A program made the position numbers and the translations under genes. A stretch of 64,000 nt of DNA from Balanoglossus misakiensis (Eukaryota; Animalia; Hemichordata), in the NCBI GenBank assembly GCA_040954595.2, contig CM082577.2:8829846-8893845 (forward strand), written 5' to 3'. Shown here one piece after another: positions 44,401 to 55,065 of the stretch (positions within the stretch are counted from its first letter, which is position 1; each line of letters begins with the position of its first letter). The notes beneath the pieces were generated by a model, which was given only the letters and a program-made list of their open reading frames with translations, had not been told where the DNA came from and ran no database searches.

Positions 44401-47400
44401 TGGGGGACAGCAGCTGAAGATATGAACAGAATAAAATACGGTCAGAACATGTACTATCATCTGGGGCAAAGACTGGACATCATTATCCATGAGACAACCA
44501 TATATTGTTACCATGACAACCTTACACATTCTCTGTGACAAGCGAACAGTTTGTAGTCTTATGTAGAATAGTTACAACAATAAATGAAATATTTGCTGGC
44601 ATGTCTATGTCATAATTCTGGACATGAAAAATTAGAACAAAATGGCCAACTGGCAGTCATATATAATTGAATGGAATAACAACAAACATTTAGAGGTACA
44701 CTTATGTCGGGATATCATAATGCCAAGTTTTAATAAATTATGTTCAAGCATGTTTATGTAAATGCTCCTCTGTCTCTGAAAAGAGAAACTTTGTCGGGGG
44801 AGGGGCACTTATGACTGTTTATTGTGAGCAAAATTGCTGATAATTTATCCCGTGTGTCAGCACAATTGCCATTTACTACTGCACACAGTGGAAAAGACAG
44901 GAAATAAATTTGAACAGAAAACGTTTAGAACTTGAACTTAACATATGACGATGAAGGAAACGTTTGGGGAATCCAAGGCATCCCAAGTGATCAGAACTGA
45001 TTGGCAGTGATCTGTCCCCAGTTTCCCCAGCAGTCTCACAGGAGAAAATTAGCAAAAATCAGTAATTGACCGGCTGCAGCTCGCAAGTAGTTCTCGATAT
45101 TACTGTGTGCAGTGGCAGATGAAGCCATTAGGCTGGTATAATTGGAGATAATCAGAGAGAGAGATGGGACTTACGTCAGGGAAATCTGTGTGGTCGAACG
45201 AGGCTTGTAGGAAATACTTAGCCGCGGCTTTGTACTTCTTAGTTGCCAGCTCGGCTAGACCAGCTGCACACTTCAACTTTGTCACAACCGATAAGTTTTC
45301 TCTGTTGTCTCTCTGTTGCTACGGAGAAGAGAGGAGAAGATTAAAAAAAAGGGAGGGCAGGACACATAGACGGAGATAGAGACACACATGGAAAGAGAAA
45401 GTGTGACAAACAGAAAGAGAGGGACCAGGATACAACAGAAGGGCGGACAGACAGACCAGCAAAAAGACAGAGACAAGGAAATGAAAGAGAAAAAAAGTTT
45501 TCTTAAGATGTTGATAAGCAAAAAAAAAAAAAAAAACCTCAGCCTGACTGACAAAAACTGATAAACTTGAATGAAACATCATGATTTTAGACAACACTAG
45601 CAGATTCCCATGTCCTGCAAAATATATCTTACTGTTTTTCATAAATTCACAATTACAGAGCAAAATACGAAGATCTCAGTGGCAACCATGAAGTACATGA
45701 GCTCTCGTCACAATATTATGTACGGAAACTAAAATTGTTCTCATCCATCAGTGAAAGAATCCATCCATGCAAATGACAGAAATCGGGATAATGACTAAGA
45801 ATGCATACCAAAACATACACACAGTACTGAGCCATAACCAAGTATATATAGACATGATACAAAGTGACATAATGTGACCACAAAGTCATCTTATAAACTA
45901 TCACCATAATCAGTACCTTTAATATGGTATATTACACAGTTAAACCCTGGCAACTTAGTGTACATACATACTGAAAGTGTAACACAACCCTTATCAATTC
46001 TGCCCATCAGAGACACTTTGAAAATCTAATCAGGCTTCTTACCTCTGCAATCTCTGGAGTTGCTTCAGCCTTGTTAACATAGCTTAACACATGGGACCAG
46101 TTTTGTAGATGTACACTGACCTGGAAGTTCCAAAAAGCATCCAAGCTCTGTCAGTTTTTATTAGTTTAATATTACTATCCTCATAAACTGTGTCTGTACC
46201 CGGATGTTTTCTGATTTGTTATTTTGGCCAAGGATTATAATCACATGGTTAACTTATGTGGCTCTGATATTAACTCAACCTGACCAATTATATTTCTGCT
46301 AAATGCAGTAGTTAAAATAAATATAATGTATACAAGAATTTATAATGGAGTGGAAAAAAATCCACAACATTACAGAAGATCTGCAATGAGATGTATGATT
46401 ATCATGTCATTGTCTCAGTAAGTGTTATGAAATGAAGTAAGTTATGTCCTGGATGCATTCAGGTCATCTATCGGCAAATAAAATAAAAAAAACGTTGAAA
46501 TTTATATTTCTCCCATCCTGTCCTACGCATCGTTTCCCAAAGCCTATTACTGGAATCACATATCTTTTTAACTTGGCCTCATTGCATCAGCCTTGTGCCT
46601 TCTTGGAAGCAGACAGCACAGATGTTATTTGAGACGGTTGGAAACCCATTTCTCCTCTGACTGAACTCTTACTGCTGGAACAGACAGACTAAATGCACTA
46701 ATCCAGATTATGGAGCTGCCACGGATGCAAAACACATCATTTCACATTACCAGTTTATGGGCTGAGAAGGTCAAGCTATAATACCTCCTCTTGTATTTCC
46801 GTCTACATGTACAGGCAGGGAAGGTGTCCCCATGTCTACTACAGTACATGCCGACATATTACATGTATGCCCGGCTTGACCCAGAGGAAAGACCAGCACC
46901 GTACCAATAGAAAACATCGTCATTGATGACACTGAGGTACATGTAGTATGTGACTTGGGGGGTCAGATTGTCAGAAAAATCCATTCAATTCTTTGCTGTA
47001 TTGTAAAGTGTGAGGGTGGTCTTTTTGAAAATATGAAGACAGAAAGGGTGTTCACCTTCTTGTTTTTGTAAAAATAACTAAACTATCGCTATGGAGTTAA
47101 AACAGAGATTGGCGGACATTTTGTATTTCAAATTAGAGACAATTTTGCTTTCTCATTCAAAGTTTTGCACAGTGAAAACTAATTTTCAGTCTTGATTATT
47201 AAGAGAGAATAATCTAAAGTTGCCTTGAGCAAAATATGAGAAAAGGTTTAAGACTTTCATTTTTGAGGCACACGCTACCTTAATTAATGAAAAAAGCATT
47301 AGCCCCCCCACCCCCTCCCTCACATGTTGATGACTGGAAAACAGACCCCAAGAAATGATCAGTGAGATCTGAACAATAACCAAGAAAAAAAACTGACATC

Positions 47401-50400
47401 GTACCTTGATGACATTTAAGCACATGTTGACAACATGTTTGGAACTGGTGCAGTAATCCCTAGCCCTAGAGTAGCACTTCAAAGCGTTGCTCAGGTCGCC
47501 TTGGTCCAGATAATGATCACCTAGATCGTCATGCCCTCTCCTGAAAGTACAAAAAGTATATTTGTAATAATAACGCTGTAATAACACTTAAATGTGCCTG
47601 CAACATCACTACAAATGATCTGAGATTCATTGTTCAGAGCCCTCCAGCGAAACATCACAGAACCATGAACTAGTGAATGTGATGTATGTAGTCTAAATCA
47701 CCTAAAATACAATATTGATGACAGTTTCCCATATACATGACGTACAAGTTGCTATGAACCCGCAAACCAAGCTGCAGGGCAATCAGACAAGAAGTTTCTA
47801 AGAAGTACTGTTTGACTGAAAGAGTGAAATATGTCTTTAAAATAGATGTTGATATTTCACTGTAATTTTGGCACACCATAATATGGACACCCTCAGGACT
47901 CTGAAAACCTAAGTGCACAGCAATTTGACAAGCAGTTTCTAAGAAAAAGACCTTTTGACTAAAAAATGGAACAGATTGCCCCAAATACAGTTTTGACATT
48001 TTCAGTTCACTACAATTTTGACATATCACCACTAGCACATACGAAGAACCCGGCAAACCAAACTTCAAATGAACTGCACAAGCATACATGTATTCAGAAA
48101 AAAGGAGTTTTTTCACAATAAATGGCAAACAAATGCAGAAGGCATTTATCAGGTGAGCTAATAAGAGACTGAGTACACAATGAAGAATGAGGTGTAATTG
48201 AGATGTGGAGAAAGTCCACTCAGGGCTTTGTAATCGAGAAAAGAGACAATGTCACAAAATATGATGAGGTACTGGAAGCCAATGAAATTGCTTAGGAACA
48301 ATTTTCCCAGTCTGTGAAACAATATACGGAAACTATTGAAGGGCACATCCCCAAGATACTGTTTTACTTTTAATTTAACTACTTCTGCAGGTTGGTTGGT
48401 TGACTTGCATAACATGTATATGTGATACAAGGCCCATCTCTCAAATACTGCTCTTCTGTTCACCAGATTCGCAATGGGTGTATTTCAATAACACTTGAAG
48501 TCATCCATTTCAGAGAGACGCCATGGTGAATGATCGAATTTGAAACAAATTAACACGACTTCCATCTTGGAATCGTGTCACTTGGATTTATTTGATTTGT
48601 CACATCCAACTCCCATCGTTGACGGCCTGTTCAACAGAAGAGGTGATATCGGATACCTCAAAGGACAATATAGTGGATTGGCATCAGCAAATTGATGAGA
48701 CAGAAGATTAGGACAGCAAATAAAGTGTCCTTATGGTGAAATGTAGAGATTGCAATCAGTGGAGGTCCTAGAACAGAGCCCTAAAGGTACTCCAGACTTT
48801 CCCATTTACTGTAACCTGATTGAAGTCTATCTGTGACGGATGAATGAAACCGTTTAAAGACTTTGACACCAAGATTTGATAAACACAATGTACTGCAAAA
48901 GTAGATGACGATGATCAATGGAATCAATGGCTGTTGATAGGAGTAGAGCATACTGTGAAACACTTTATTTTCGCGAGTTAAAATTTTCGCGATATCGAGA
49001 AAGGCCACTGTTTCACGAGTATTCATTTTCGCGTTCTCGTATTTCATTCACTGCATCGTTATCTTCAAAAATATTTTACACGACTTTTTATTTTCACGCT
49101 ATTTTGCCTCTCGCGTATTTTGCGAAAATTTATTGCTCGCGAAAATCAAGTGTTTTACAGAATGTGCTTACACCTTCATTTCTTACCTGATGCTTTCTTT
49201 GATCGAGTTTCCTTTATAGTTTTTCAGATCGGTGTCTAGCTTTTCGAGTTTCATCGCCGCCTTCTTCTTCGTGGTTTCTATCCACTGGCTGTCCAGGCCA
49301 GGAACACTATGAACGAGCCCTGCAATGGCATCTGGAAGTGCCGACGAACTGTTGAGAGAGGAGTAAAAAGTTTTAACCCTTTCGCCACCATGGTTTGGTC
49401 CAACTCCATTGTTCTAAATGGCAGTGCTGGACTTTTACACAGGGAAACAGGGGTGAAAGGGTTAATGGAAACCATGGAACAAAAGGCCTGATATCATCCC
49501 AGTTTTCTTTTCAGTTTGAGCTTTTTCTGAAGAAATTTTGAAAACTGTGAACATCAATCAACGTCTTCAATTCAAGAGCATCTGTCTAATGAGAACCAGA
49601 AGAGCATAAGTAATCTGGCTCATCAAGTACCTGTCAAAGTGTAAGACTGTGATAACATTTGAATAACAATATTCACTGGTATCTGTTTTGCAGCAAAAAA
49701 AACAATAACCAAAAACATAGCCATTTCTGTACAATGTTAAATGTTGAATTTATCAGTTAAAATGCATTTCAACAAAATTTTCAAAATATTGCCACTACAT
49801 ATACATATACATGTACGTGTACATCTACCTAATAGTAATAACTGAATAAGCTGTCAGAGTCTTTTTCATCGCGAAAGGACTTCAACTTATCATTCCACTG
49901 AAATTATCTGCAGCTTCAATGCAATGTTGGCTTTACAAATGTACATATACATGTACATTCACATTGTTTTCCTTTGAAATCTGAAATGAATGTCATCTGC
50001 CATGTTTTCCCACATAAAGCCAACATAAACCTCTGCGGCAATATTGGTAACATGACGATTGAGACACGGTCAGATTGCTTTCACAAAAGGCTGTTTACAT
50101 TCCTTTCACATGCAACATTCACAGGCAATTTTTTTAAAGTCAGAATTTCTTGTATTACATCTGAAATCTTGTATTACAGATAAGATTAATTCAAAAGATC
50201 AGTGTTTTTTTCAGGAAGATGTGTAAACTCTGAGATAACTACAATGTACAAAGAATGAAAGAGTATTCGTTTTCCAATGCGACAGTTTGAAGAACCCTGC
50301 CTAAAGAAAAGATTTACTAAGTCTTAAGACCAGACCAGGGGACAAAGCAAGCACAGACGTCAGATTTTATCTAATCTGACTCTGGCAGTTTGAAATTGTC

Positions 50401-53400
50401 AGTATCTGACGCAACACAGAAGGAGCAAACAACTCTGACATCTGACTCAAATGATGTTTTACGTGAATTTATGAACTGCCACTTTCAAATGATTTTTTTC
50501 TGTCAATGAATTCCTGAATGTAAAATTCTCTAAAAACCTCGACACGCCTGAGGCAACAGAGACATCCTGAGATGTGACAATATTGAAATGCTTTGAAATA
50601 TTGATTTTTTTTTTCATGAGAAACGGAGTGATGATTTTTATTACCAAATCATGGCCAGCAGATTGTCTGTGGTGACCCTCAAAATAGCTTGCTAGGATCA
50701 AAGACCTGAAGTATATTAGAGGTCTTTGAAAACTCATGCATATGCTTCTCAGTTGACCTACTCATATTGCCAAACTCCCATTAACCCTTTCACCCCTATT
50801 TTCTTCCATAGAGGTCCAGCTTTGCCATAGAGAATTTTTGATTTGGGCCAAACCATCGTGGTGAAAGGGTTAAGTCACACAAAACCATGAGCAACTCGTC
50901 AAATGAAATGAAATGAAAATAACCAAAATATTGTCAAAATCCAGGAGCTTCGCTTTTATAGAAATCCCAATTCCATCTGTGTCGAAATAGATGCTGATTG
51001 AGAGTTTTGATCTGGATGGCAGAGAACATCTCTGAAGCAAGCCTTGACCAACTTCAATGCGTGAGATGATCAGCTCATGTGAATATAAAGCCAACTCTTT
51101 TCTTTCCTGTCTCAAATTTCAATCTTTCACGGAAACTCCCCATTTTGTTTTTAAATAATGTATTAACAGTAAGATGTAAAGGGATATATTGTGTAATCAG
51201 ATTGTTTTTGTAATCCTGTCATTGCAGCATTTTTTCTAATATGTTTCACTTTACAAATTTAAAGTATACATGCCTATGTATTGCATCAGTGGTTCAGATG
51301 AACTTCGGTGCTTTTTTTGTCTTAAAGTGACATTAGCTGTAACTTTTGGCTTTATTTTTTAGTATCTATGTTCTGTGTACCAAATGCAATTTTTTTGTTC
51401 TACTCCAAACAGCATGCTAATATACCCAGTAATCTGCTTGTCAACATAGCCTGTGTGTACAGCCATTGTTATTTTTGACAAATGAATTCTAGTCCGGACT
51501 TGAATTCAAATGAACTCAGACAGTCTGACACCAGTGTGCCCTCTAACAATGCAGTGTGTCGTATGGGTTTAGAGTGCACACTGACAGACACACTATATGA
51601 GCAATTACCTGGCAGCGGCTTCTTGTAGCCTCCTGTGGATGTGCTCATACATCTGAGTGTTGAATGTAGTCTGTGTGTAGGACAGGGCCATTTTCAGTGC
51701 TTCAATCCTGTAACTCGGGCAGTGGCTTGCCATAAACAGCAAGCGGTTGATCTTGGCCAGCCCAGAGTACTGGGCAGCGTAACTTTCAAGATCCTGCAGC
51801 AGCAGAGTGTGAAAAAAATAACATCAACATTTGACATTGACAGATCCTAAATATTTCTCGCATCAACCTAATTGTTAGGATTTTGTCCACTGCAGTAATT
51901 TCATCCATTCAGTCCACAGAATATTATCTACATGTCTCTTCCTGTGTTTATTTCTCAAATTTCAATTTTAAGGGCACAAGAGTGATGTTGATTTCAGGGT
52001 CATGAGTTACCAAAATATTTATAAGTAGGGCCAGGTCATAAGACTTGAGCAAGTGTGAATGGACCTAAAATAACCCCCACACAGTTAAGCAGTATGTAGG
52101 CCAAGTAATCAGAATTTAAATTTCACTTTTGTGCAATAAACTTCATTTTGCACGCCGGGTCATATCCATGCATTTTTTATCACTGACTTTAAACAGCTCT
52201 CAGCCTAGTCTTATAGATGTAGACTTTAATGGCAGATGTTCTTTTGACAATTGGTGTATATATTATTCAGTCAGTAATTCGATGAAATGATCTCAGACTT
52301 ACCAGAGTTGGATTATCCACAGTGTATGTTGGTTCATGGCTGTTTTCATTGTCTTCGGGCTGATCCACTTGCATAGGCTCAGGAGGGCCCTAAAAGAGTC
52401 AACTTTAATATTACTTACTGTAAAACGGGAAATTTTCGTGAGCGATAAATTGTTCGCAAACTATGCGAGAGCCAAAAAAGCATTAAAATAAAAAGTGGCG
52501 TAAAAATGTTTTTCAGATATTACGATGCAGAAAAATACAAGAACGCAAAAATTAATCGTTGCGTAACAGTTGCTGCTAATTTCATATCGCAAAAAATTTC
52601 CTGTCACAAAAATTTACCGTTTTACAGTATTTACACTATATCAATGTATGCTAAAGTTTGCTGTCACCATCTTTCCCCATCTGTCTATGCAACCAGTGCT
52701 ATACAAATTTCTTGATAAGACTATATTAAGAGTGCACAGGTACATAAAAAATCTCCTCAGATAAAATGATTTTAAGAATGTGTGTACATTTTCTTTTTTG
52801 TTATTAAAGAGTGGGGAATATACATGTAGGAAGTGGGTGGGGAATCTCACACCCATAAGAACCTGGGATAAGATGTTTCATGGGCGTTGGGGATAATTTG
52901 TCTCACACTTGCCTGCAGCTTGTGTGAAACTAAAGATCCCCAACGATTATGAGAAATCTTGAGGAGGCAGAGGATTTCAGTTTTCTCAGGGAAATGTGAC
53001 AAGGCATGATATAATGAACCATCAAGAAGATATGGAAGGCATCATCGCCCACTGGATATCGAGGGTTCAGGTCTTAGCAGGGCTGTTGTCACCCTCTCAT
53101 GGTCCTCCCCACCCAAACGGGTACTGGAGGTCTCTCCTATTCCACTCACCACATCCATTTATATCCAATCAGAACATGTATATTGTGCAGCAATCATGAC
53201 AATACAGATCATGTTCAACTGATCGCGATGAATGCAAGATGGATAGACTCGGCTATACATGCCGTGTCCCAACTCTTGCTATACAATTTACGTATTATTG
53301 GTGTCTTTGGTTCGTGCTCTCTGTAATTTTGCCATTTTGGGAAGGTATTTCCACCTCCTTCTTGTAGATTTGTCGTGGCTATGCCATGGCTAGTACACAT

Positions 53401-53571
53401 GTATTCATGCATCATCGTGAGAAATGCACTGGGAATTTCGATTTTTGAGGCACGCCACAGCATTCGTATGGAAGGAAATATGCCCACTTTCTTTAGGTTG
53501 ACGGCATATTTCAACATTCTTACACAATAAGTCCATACCTGCAAAAACGGCACTTGTATCGGAAGAGGCAT
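17341..53571 (-). CDS. GPS1: COP9 signalosome subunit 1 (GPS1/CSN1); join(53539-53571,52303-52389,51609-51793,49187-49348,47405-47540,46043-46120,45175-45318,44319-44413,43982-44168,43138-43275,42142-42228,39267-39314,17341-17430), 1470 nt, 489 aa
   Basis: The spliced translation reads [20 protein letters not shown]...[18 protein letters not shown]...[53 protein letters not shown]...PCI domain ([11 protein letters not shown]...YFSPY...ARIDSHNK)...[10 protein letters not shown]...*. It matches the recalled human GPS1 sequence throughout. All exon phases are compatible, with GT-AG introns except one GC-AG. Confidence 0.95.
18921..19289. mobile_element. Double-hairpin non-autonomous element (possibly Crypton-like)
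   Basis: Inverted pair TTATAACACACCA/TGGTGTGTTATAA (18921-19077), then a near-perfect palindrome with ~64-bp arms (19101-19244) around a TCGGGCTATGCCCTC loop. Confidence 0.6.
23720..23976. mobile_element. Interspersed repeat ending in CTACC-TTAA; second copy at ~47000-47283
   Basis: The block GAGAGAAT...CTAAAGTTGCC...GAGCAAA...TATGAGAAA...CTACCTTAA is shared by both sites. Confidence 0.65.
25860..26064 (+). mobile_element. MITE family A (TIR CTGTAAAACACTTTATTTTC, TA flanks), copy 1
   Basis: TA-CTGTAAAACAC...GTGTTTTACAG-TA; three other copies in the window. Confidence 0.85.
28092..28239. mobile_element. Tc1/mariner (pogo-like) MITE
   Basis: TA-CAGTCAAAC...GTTTGACTG-TA with internal GGCCAC repeats; degraded relatives near 42020-42115 and 39475-39540. 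Confidence 0.75.
31386..31520. repeat. Interspersed repeat with internal hairpin; related copy at ~51322-51510
   Basis: AATGTTATTGTTGACA...TAGTCCGG...TGTCAACAATAACATT; TGAATT(T/C)TAGTCCGG is shared with ~51483. Confidence 0.5.
35380..35570 (-). mobile_element. MITE family A, copy 2 (inverted, short internal deletion)
   Basis: Same TIRs and TA flanks; the interior is the reverse complement of copy 1. Confidence 0.85.
35616..35842. mobile_element. TTAA-flanked MITE (Kolobok-like)
   Basis: TTAA-AGGGAAGCGGTCGTC...GACGACCGCTTCCCT-TTAA, with perfect 15-bp TIRs. Confidence 0.8.
36342..36490 (+). mobile_element. MITE family B, partial copy
   Basis: AGGTATACAGTCACCTATGGAAATTTAGC...AGATCTAGCCAATCAC...GTGGGTGGCAC. 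Confidence 0.7.
37534..37629 (-). CDS. GPS1: Candidate alternative GPS1 terminal exon ([31 protein letters not shown])
   Basis: A ~35-nt nearly pure pyrimidine tract precedes the TAG acceptor. The phase-0 frame is open for 31 codons to TGA, a length close to the canonical last exon. No transcript evidence. Confidence 0.5.
   Translation of the reverse strand, partial: GAPCLTGNGGEVFFKGAESCEKQKILFTEIR
39047..39101. repeat. (CATA)n microsatellite with adjacent CA repeats
   Basis: Read directly from the sequence. Confidence 0.95.
39267..39314 (-). CDS. GPS1: GPS1 exon 12 ([16 protein letters not shown]), followed by a GC donor
   Basis: Resembles the human AMMLRAAVLRNQIHVK segment; CAG acceptor; AAG|GCAAGT donor; 48 nt. 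Confidence 0.9.
42142..42228 (-). CDS. GPS1: GPS1 exon 11 ([29 protein letters not shown])
   Basis: [16 protein letters not shown] motif; 87 nt. Confidence 0.95.
43138..43275 (-). CDS. GPS1: GPS1 exon 10 ([46 protein letters not shown])
   Basis: PCI winged-helix region; 138 nt. Confidence 0.96.
43982..44168 (-). CDS. GPS1: GPS1 exon 9 ([62 protein letters not shown])
   Basis: Start of the PCI domain, visible in ORF 43940..44248; 187 nt. Confidence 0.97.
44319..44413 (-). CDS. GPS1: GPS1 exon 8 ([31 protein letters not shown])
   Basis: [16 protein letters not shown] motif; 95 nt. Confidence 0.95.
45175..45318 (-). CDS. GPS1: GPS1 exon 7 ([48 protein letters not shown])
   Basis: [13 protein letters not shown] motif; long polypyrimidine tract before the TAG acceptor; 144 nt. 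Confidence 0.95.
46043..46120 (-). CDS. GPS1: GPS1 exon 6 ([26 protein letters not shown])
   Basis: Translation matches CSN1; CAG acceptor and GTAAG donor; 78 nt. Confidence 0.95.
47405..47540 (-). CDS. GPS1: GPS1 exon 5 ([45 protein letters not shown])
   Basis: RPN7/CSN1 signature, visible in ORF 47186..47587; 136 nt. Confidence 0.97.
47690..48110. repeat. Diverged ~150-bp tandem units (possibly a Helentron-associated interspersed repeat)
   Basis: Repeated AAACC.A...GCAAT..GACAAG.AGTTTCTAAGAA...TTTGACT.AAA blocks. Confidence 0.45.
48953..49160 (+). mobile_element. MITE family A, copy 3
   Basis: Highly similar to 25860-26064. Confidence 0.85.
49187..49348 (-). CDS. GPS1: GPS1 exon 4 (...[36 protein letters not shown])
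   Basis: Conserved [23 protein letters not shown] motif; 162 nt. Confidence 0.95.
49373..49465. mobile_element. ~90-bp piggyBac-type MITE, family C (TTAA-CCCTTTC...GAAAGGG-TTAA)
   Basis: TTAA target duplication with CCC/GGG termini. Related copies at 50781-50873, 61714-61807, 38431-38524, 31916-31997 and ~15690-15756. Confidence 0.8.
50781..50873. mobile_element. piggyBac-type MITE family C, opposite orientation to the 49373 copy
   Basis: TTAACCCTTTCACC...GGTGAAAGGGTTAA. Confidence 0.8.
51609..51793 (-). CDS. GPS1: GPS1 exon 3 ([39 protein letters not shown]...)
   Basis: Clear CSN1 N-terminal similarity; AG/GT boundaries; 185 nt. Confidence 0.95.
52303..52389 (-). CDS. GPS1: GPS1 exon 2 ([29 protein letters not shown])
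   Basis: EPMQVD motif; TTTTAG acceptor and GTAAGT donor; 87 nt. Confidence 0.92.
52418..52627 (-). mobile_element. MITE family A, diverged subfamily copy
   Basis: TA-CTGTAAAACGG...CCGTTTTACAG-TA; interior similar to copy 2 (GCGAGAGCCAAAA...ACGATGCAG). Confidence 0.75.
53539..53571 (-). CDS. GPS1: GPS1 coding exon 1 ([11 protein letters not shown])
   Basis: Resembles human MPLPVQVFNLQ; CAG|GTATGG donor. Confidence 0.9.
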
Positions 53572-53927
53572 GTCTGCTCTTCAGGTGTACGGAAGTGTGT
53601 GTCGTCGTCTTCGAAAATGGCCGACGGAAGTTGACATGTAACTCGGTCGTTGATTGGCCACCACTTAGAATAACCTTTGAACTTTATAAGTTGCCAATAC
53701 TATCCAAATATTTTTTTTCTTATGCGAAAATGAATCATAGTTGAACCGATTTATTTTAGAATAAAGAGGTCATAACAATAAAATTCTCAGTCCACTTTAC
53801 AATAAAAAATGTAAATGTTCCAGAGCAACGAGATTGCCCGAGATCGTTTGCGAGATCATAACAACTGACTCCAATCGCGGGAAAAATCAACGTGGTTGTG
53901 CTGGCAGATCCATCATCACAGTATCAG
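53572..53927. promoter_or_regulatory. Probable bidirectional promoter of GPS1 and NUDT1a, including a putative non-coding first exon of NUDT1a ending at 53927
   Basis: Head-to-head geometry; ETS-type CGGAAGT twice (~53590 and ~53625); YY1-type AAAATGGCCG (~53614); CCAAT-box sequences (~53653 and ~53694); CAG|GTGAAA donor at 53927/53928. Confidence 0.6.
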
Positions 53928-54188
53928 GTGAAATAAGCATTCTTTAAAGACTATTTTGCGTATCATATCGAACATCTGTAACTGATATCTCCGGTAACGC
54001 CGCCGTGACCGTCACCCGCCCCGTGGGCGTGGTCGTCCATCCGTCCAGTGGGCGTGGCCATGGTAGGGCCACGGTATGGATGGACCCAGGCGGACGGTGA
54101 ATCCGTGATGGGACCTTAGTAGCATTAAACAACCGGTGGACGGGATCCAGACCTGGCTATTTTCAACAATCTGAACCTCGACACCTAT

Positions 54189-54308
54189 TTCATTCATTCA
54201 TTCATTCATTCATTCATTCATTCATTCATTCATTCATTCATTCATTCATTCATTCATTCATTCATTCATTCATTCATTCATTCATTCATTCATTCATTCA
54301 TTCATTCA
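54189..54308. repeat. (TTCA)n microsatellite, about 30 units
   Basis: Read directly from the sequence. Confidence 0.99.
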
Positions 54309-54904
54309 AATGATACAATAAATAATATGCTACTGTTGTGGGGGGGGGGGGATATTGTAGGTGTATACATTCAACTGTCCAGCTTAAGGCTACATGTGAT
54401 TGTATCAATATTCATATCTGGATGCAATGAATTTATTATCCCTTGAGCTTTTGAGATTGGAATTATCAACCAAGGAAGTGAACCAGGGTTAAGTGCATTA
54501 GTACAAATGTCATCACCAGGGGGAAAAGTACAGTTTCAGGCAAAATACAAAGCAGTCTGTGCGTGTGGAGTGGGGGGGGGGGGGTATAATCTCACCATCA
54601 AGTGAGTACTTGCTCAGTCTCGAAGTCTACTTTCTTTGGTTCAGTTGAGTTGGTATCCAACTTCTGTTTACTTTAAGAATGAATTTTTGACTGTTGTTTC
54701 CAGCACATTATTTCATTTTCCAAATACCTCCCACCCCACCCTACCTCAGGCTCATTTCAACTGGTTCTCCCTTACCGATATATAGTACCAAGCTGACACA
54801 TAATTACATAAGTGAACTTGAAATGTGAGTTAGAGATGTAAAATCTATTTTGACTGGAACTTCGTACACAACTGCAGATATCCCAACAGATCAGTCTCTC
54901 GGAA

Positions 54905-55065
54905 ATGAGCGGCAGATACACAAAGAAGATTCTGTCGTTGGTGTTTGTGACTCGAGAGAACCAATGGCTGCTCGGGCTGAAGAAGAGAGGTTTCGGGGAA
55001 GGGAAGTGGAACGGGTTCGGCGGAAAAGTGGAAAGGGGCGAAAGCATAGAGCAGGCCGCTGCAAG
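54905..55065 (+). CDS. NUDT1: NUDT1a coding exon 1
   Basis: ATG at 54905; [21 protein letters not shown]; AG|GTAAA donor. Confidence 0.93.

Noticed and set aside
43859-44541. 147-aa plus-strand and 152-aa minus-strand ORFs
   Set aside because: Antisense or out-of-frame shadows of GPS1 exons 8-9.
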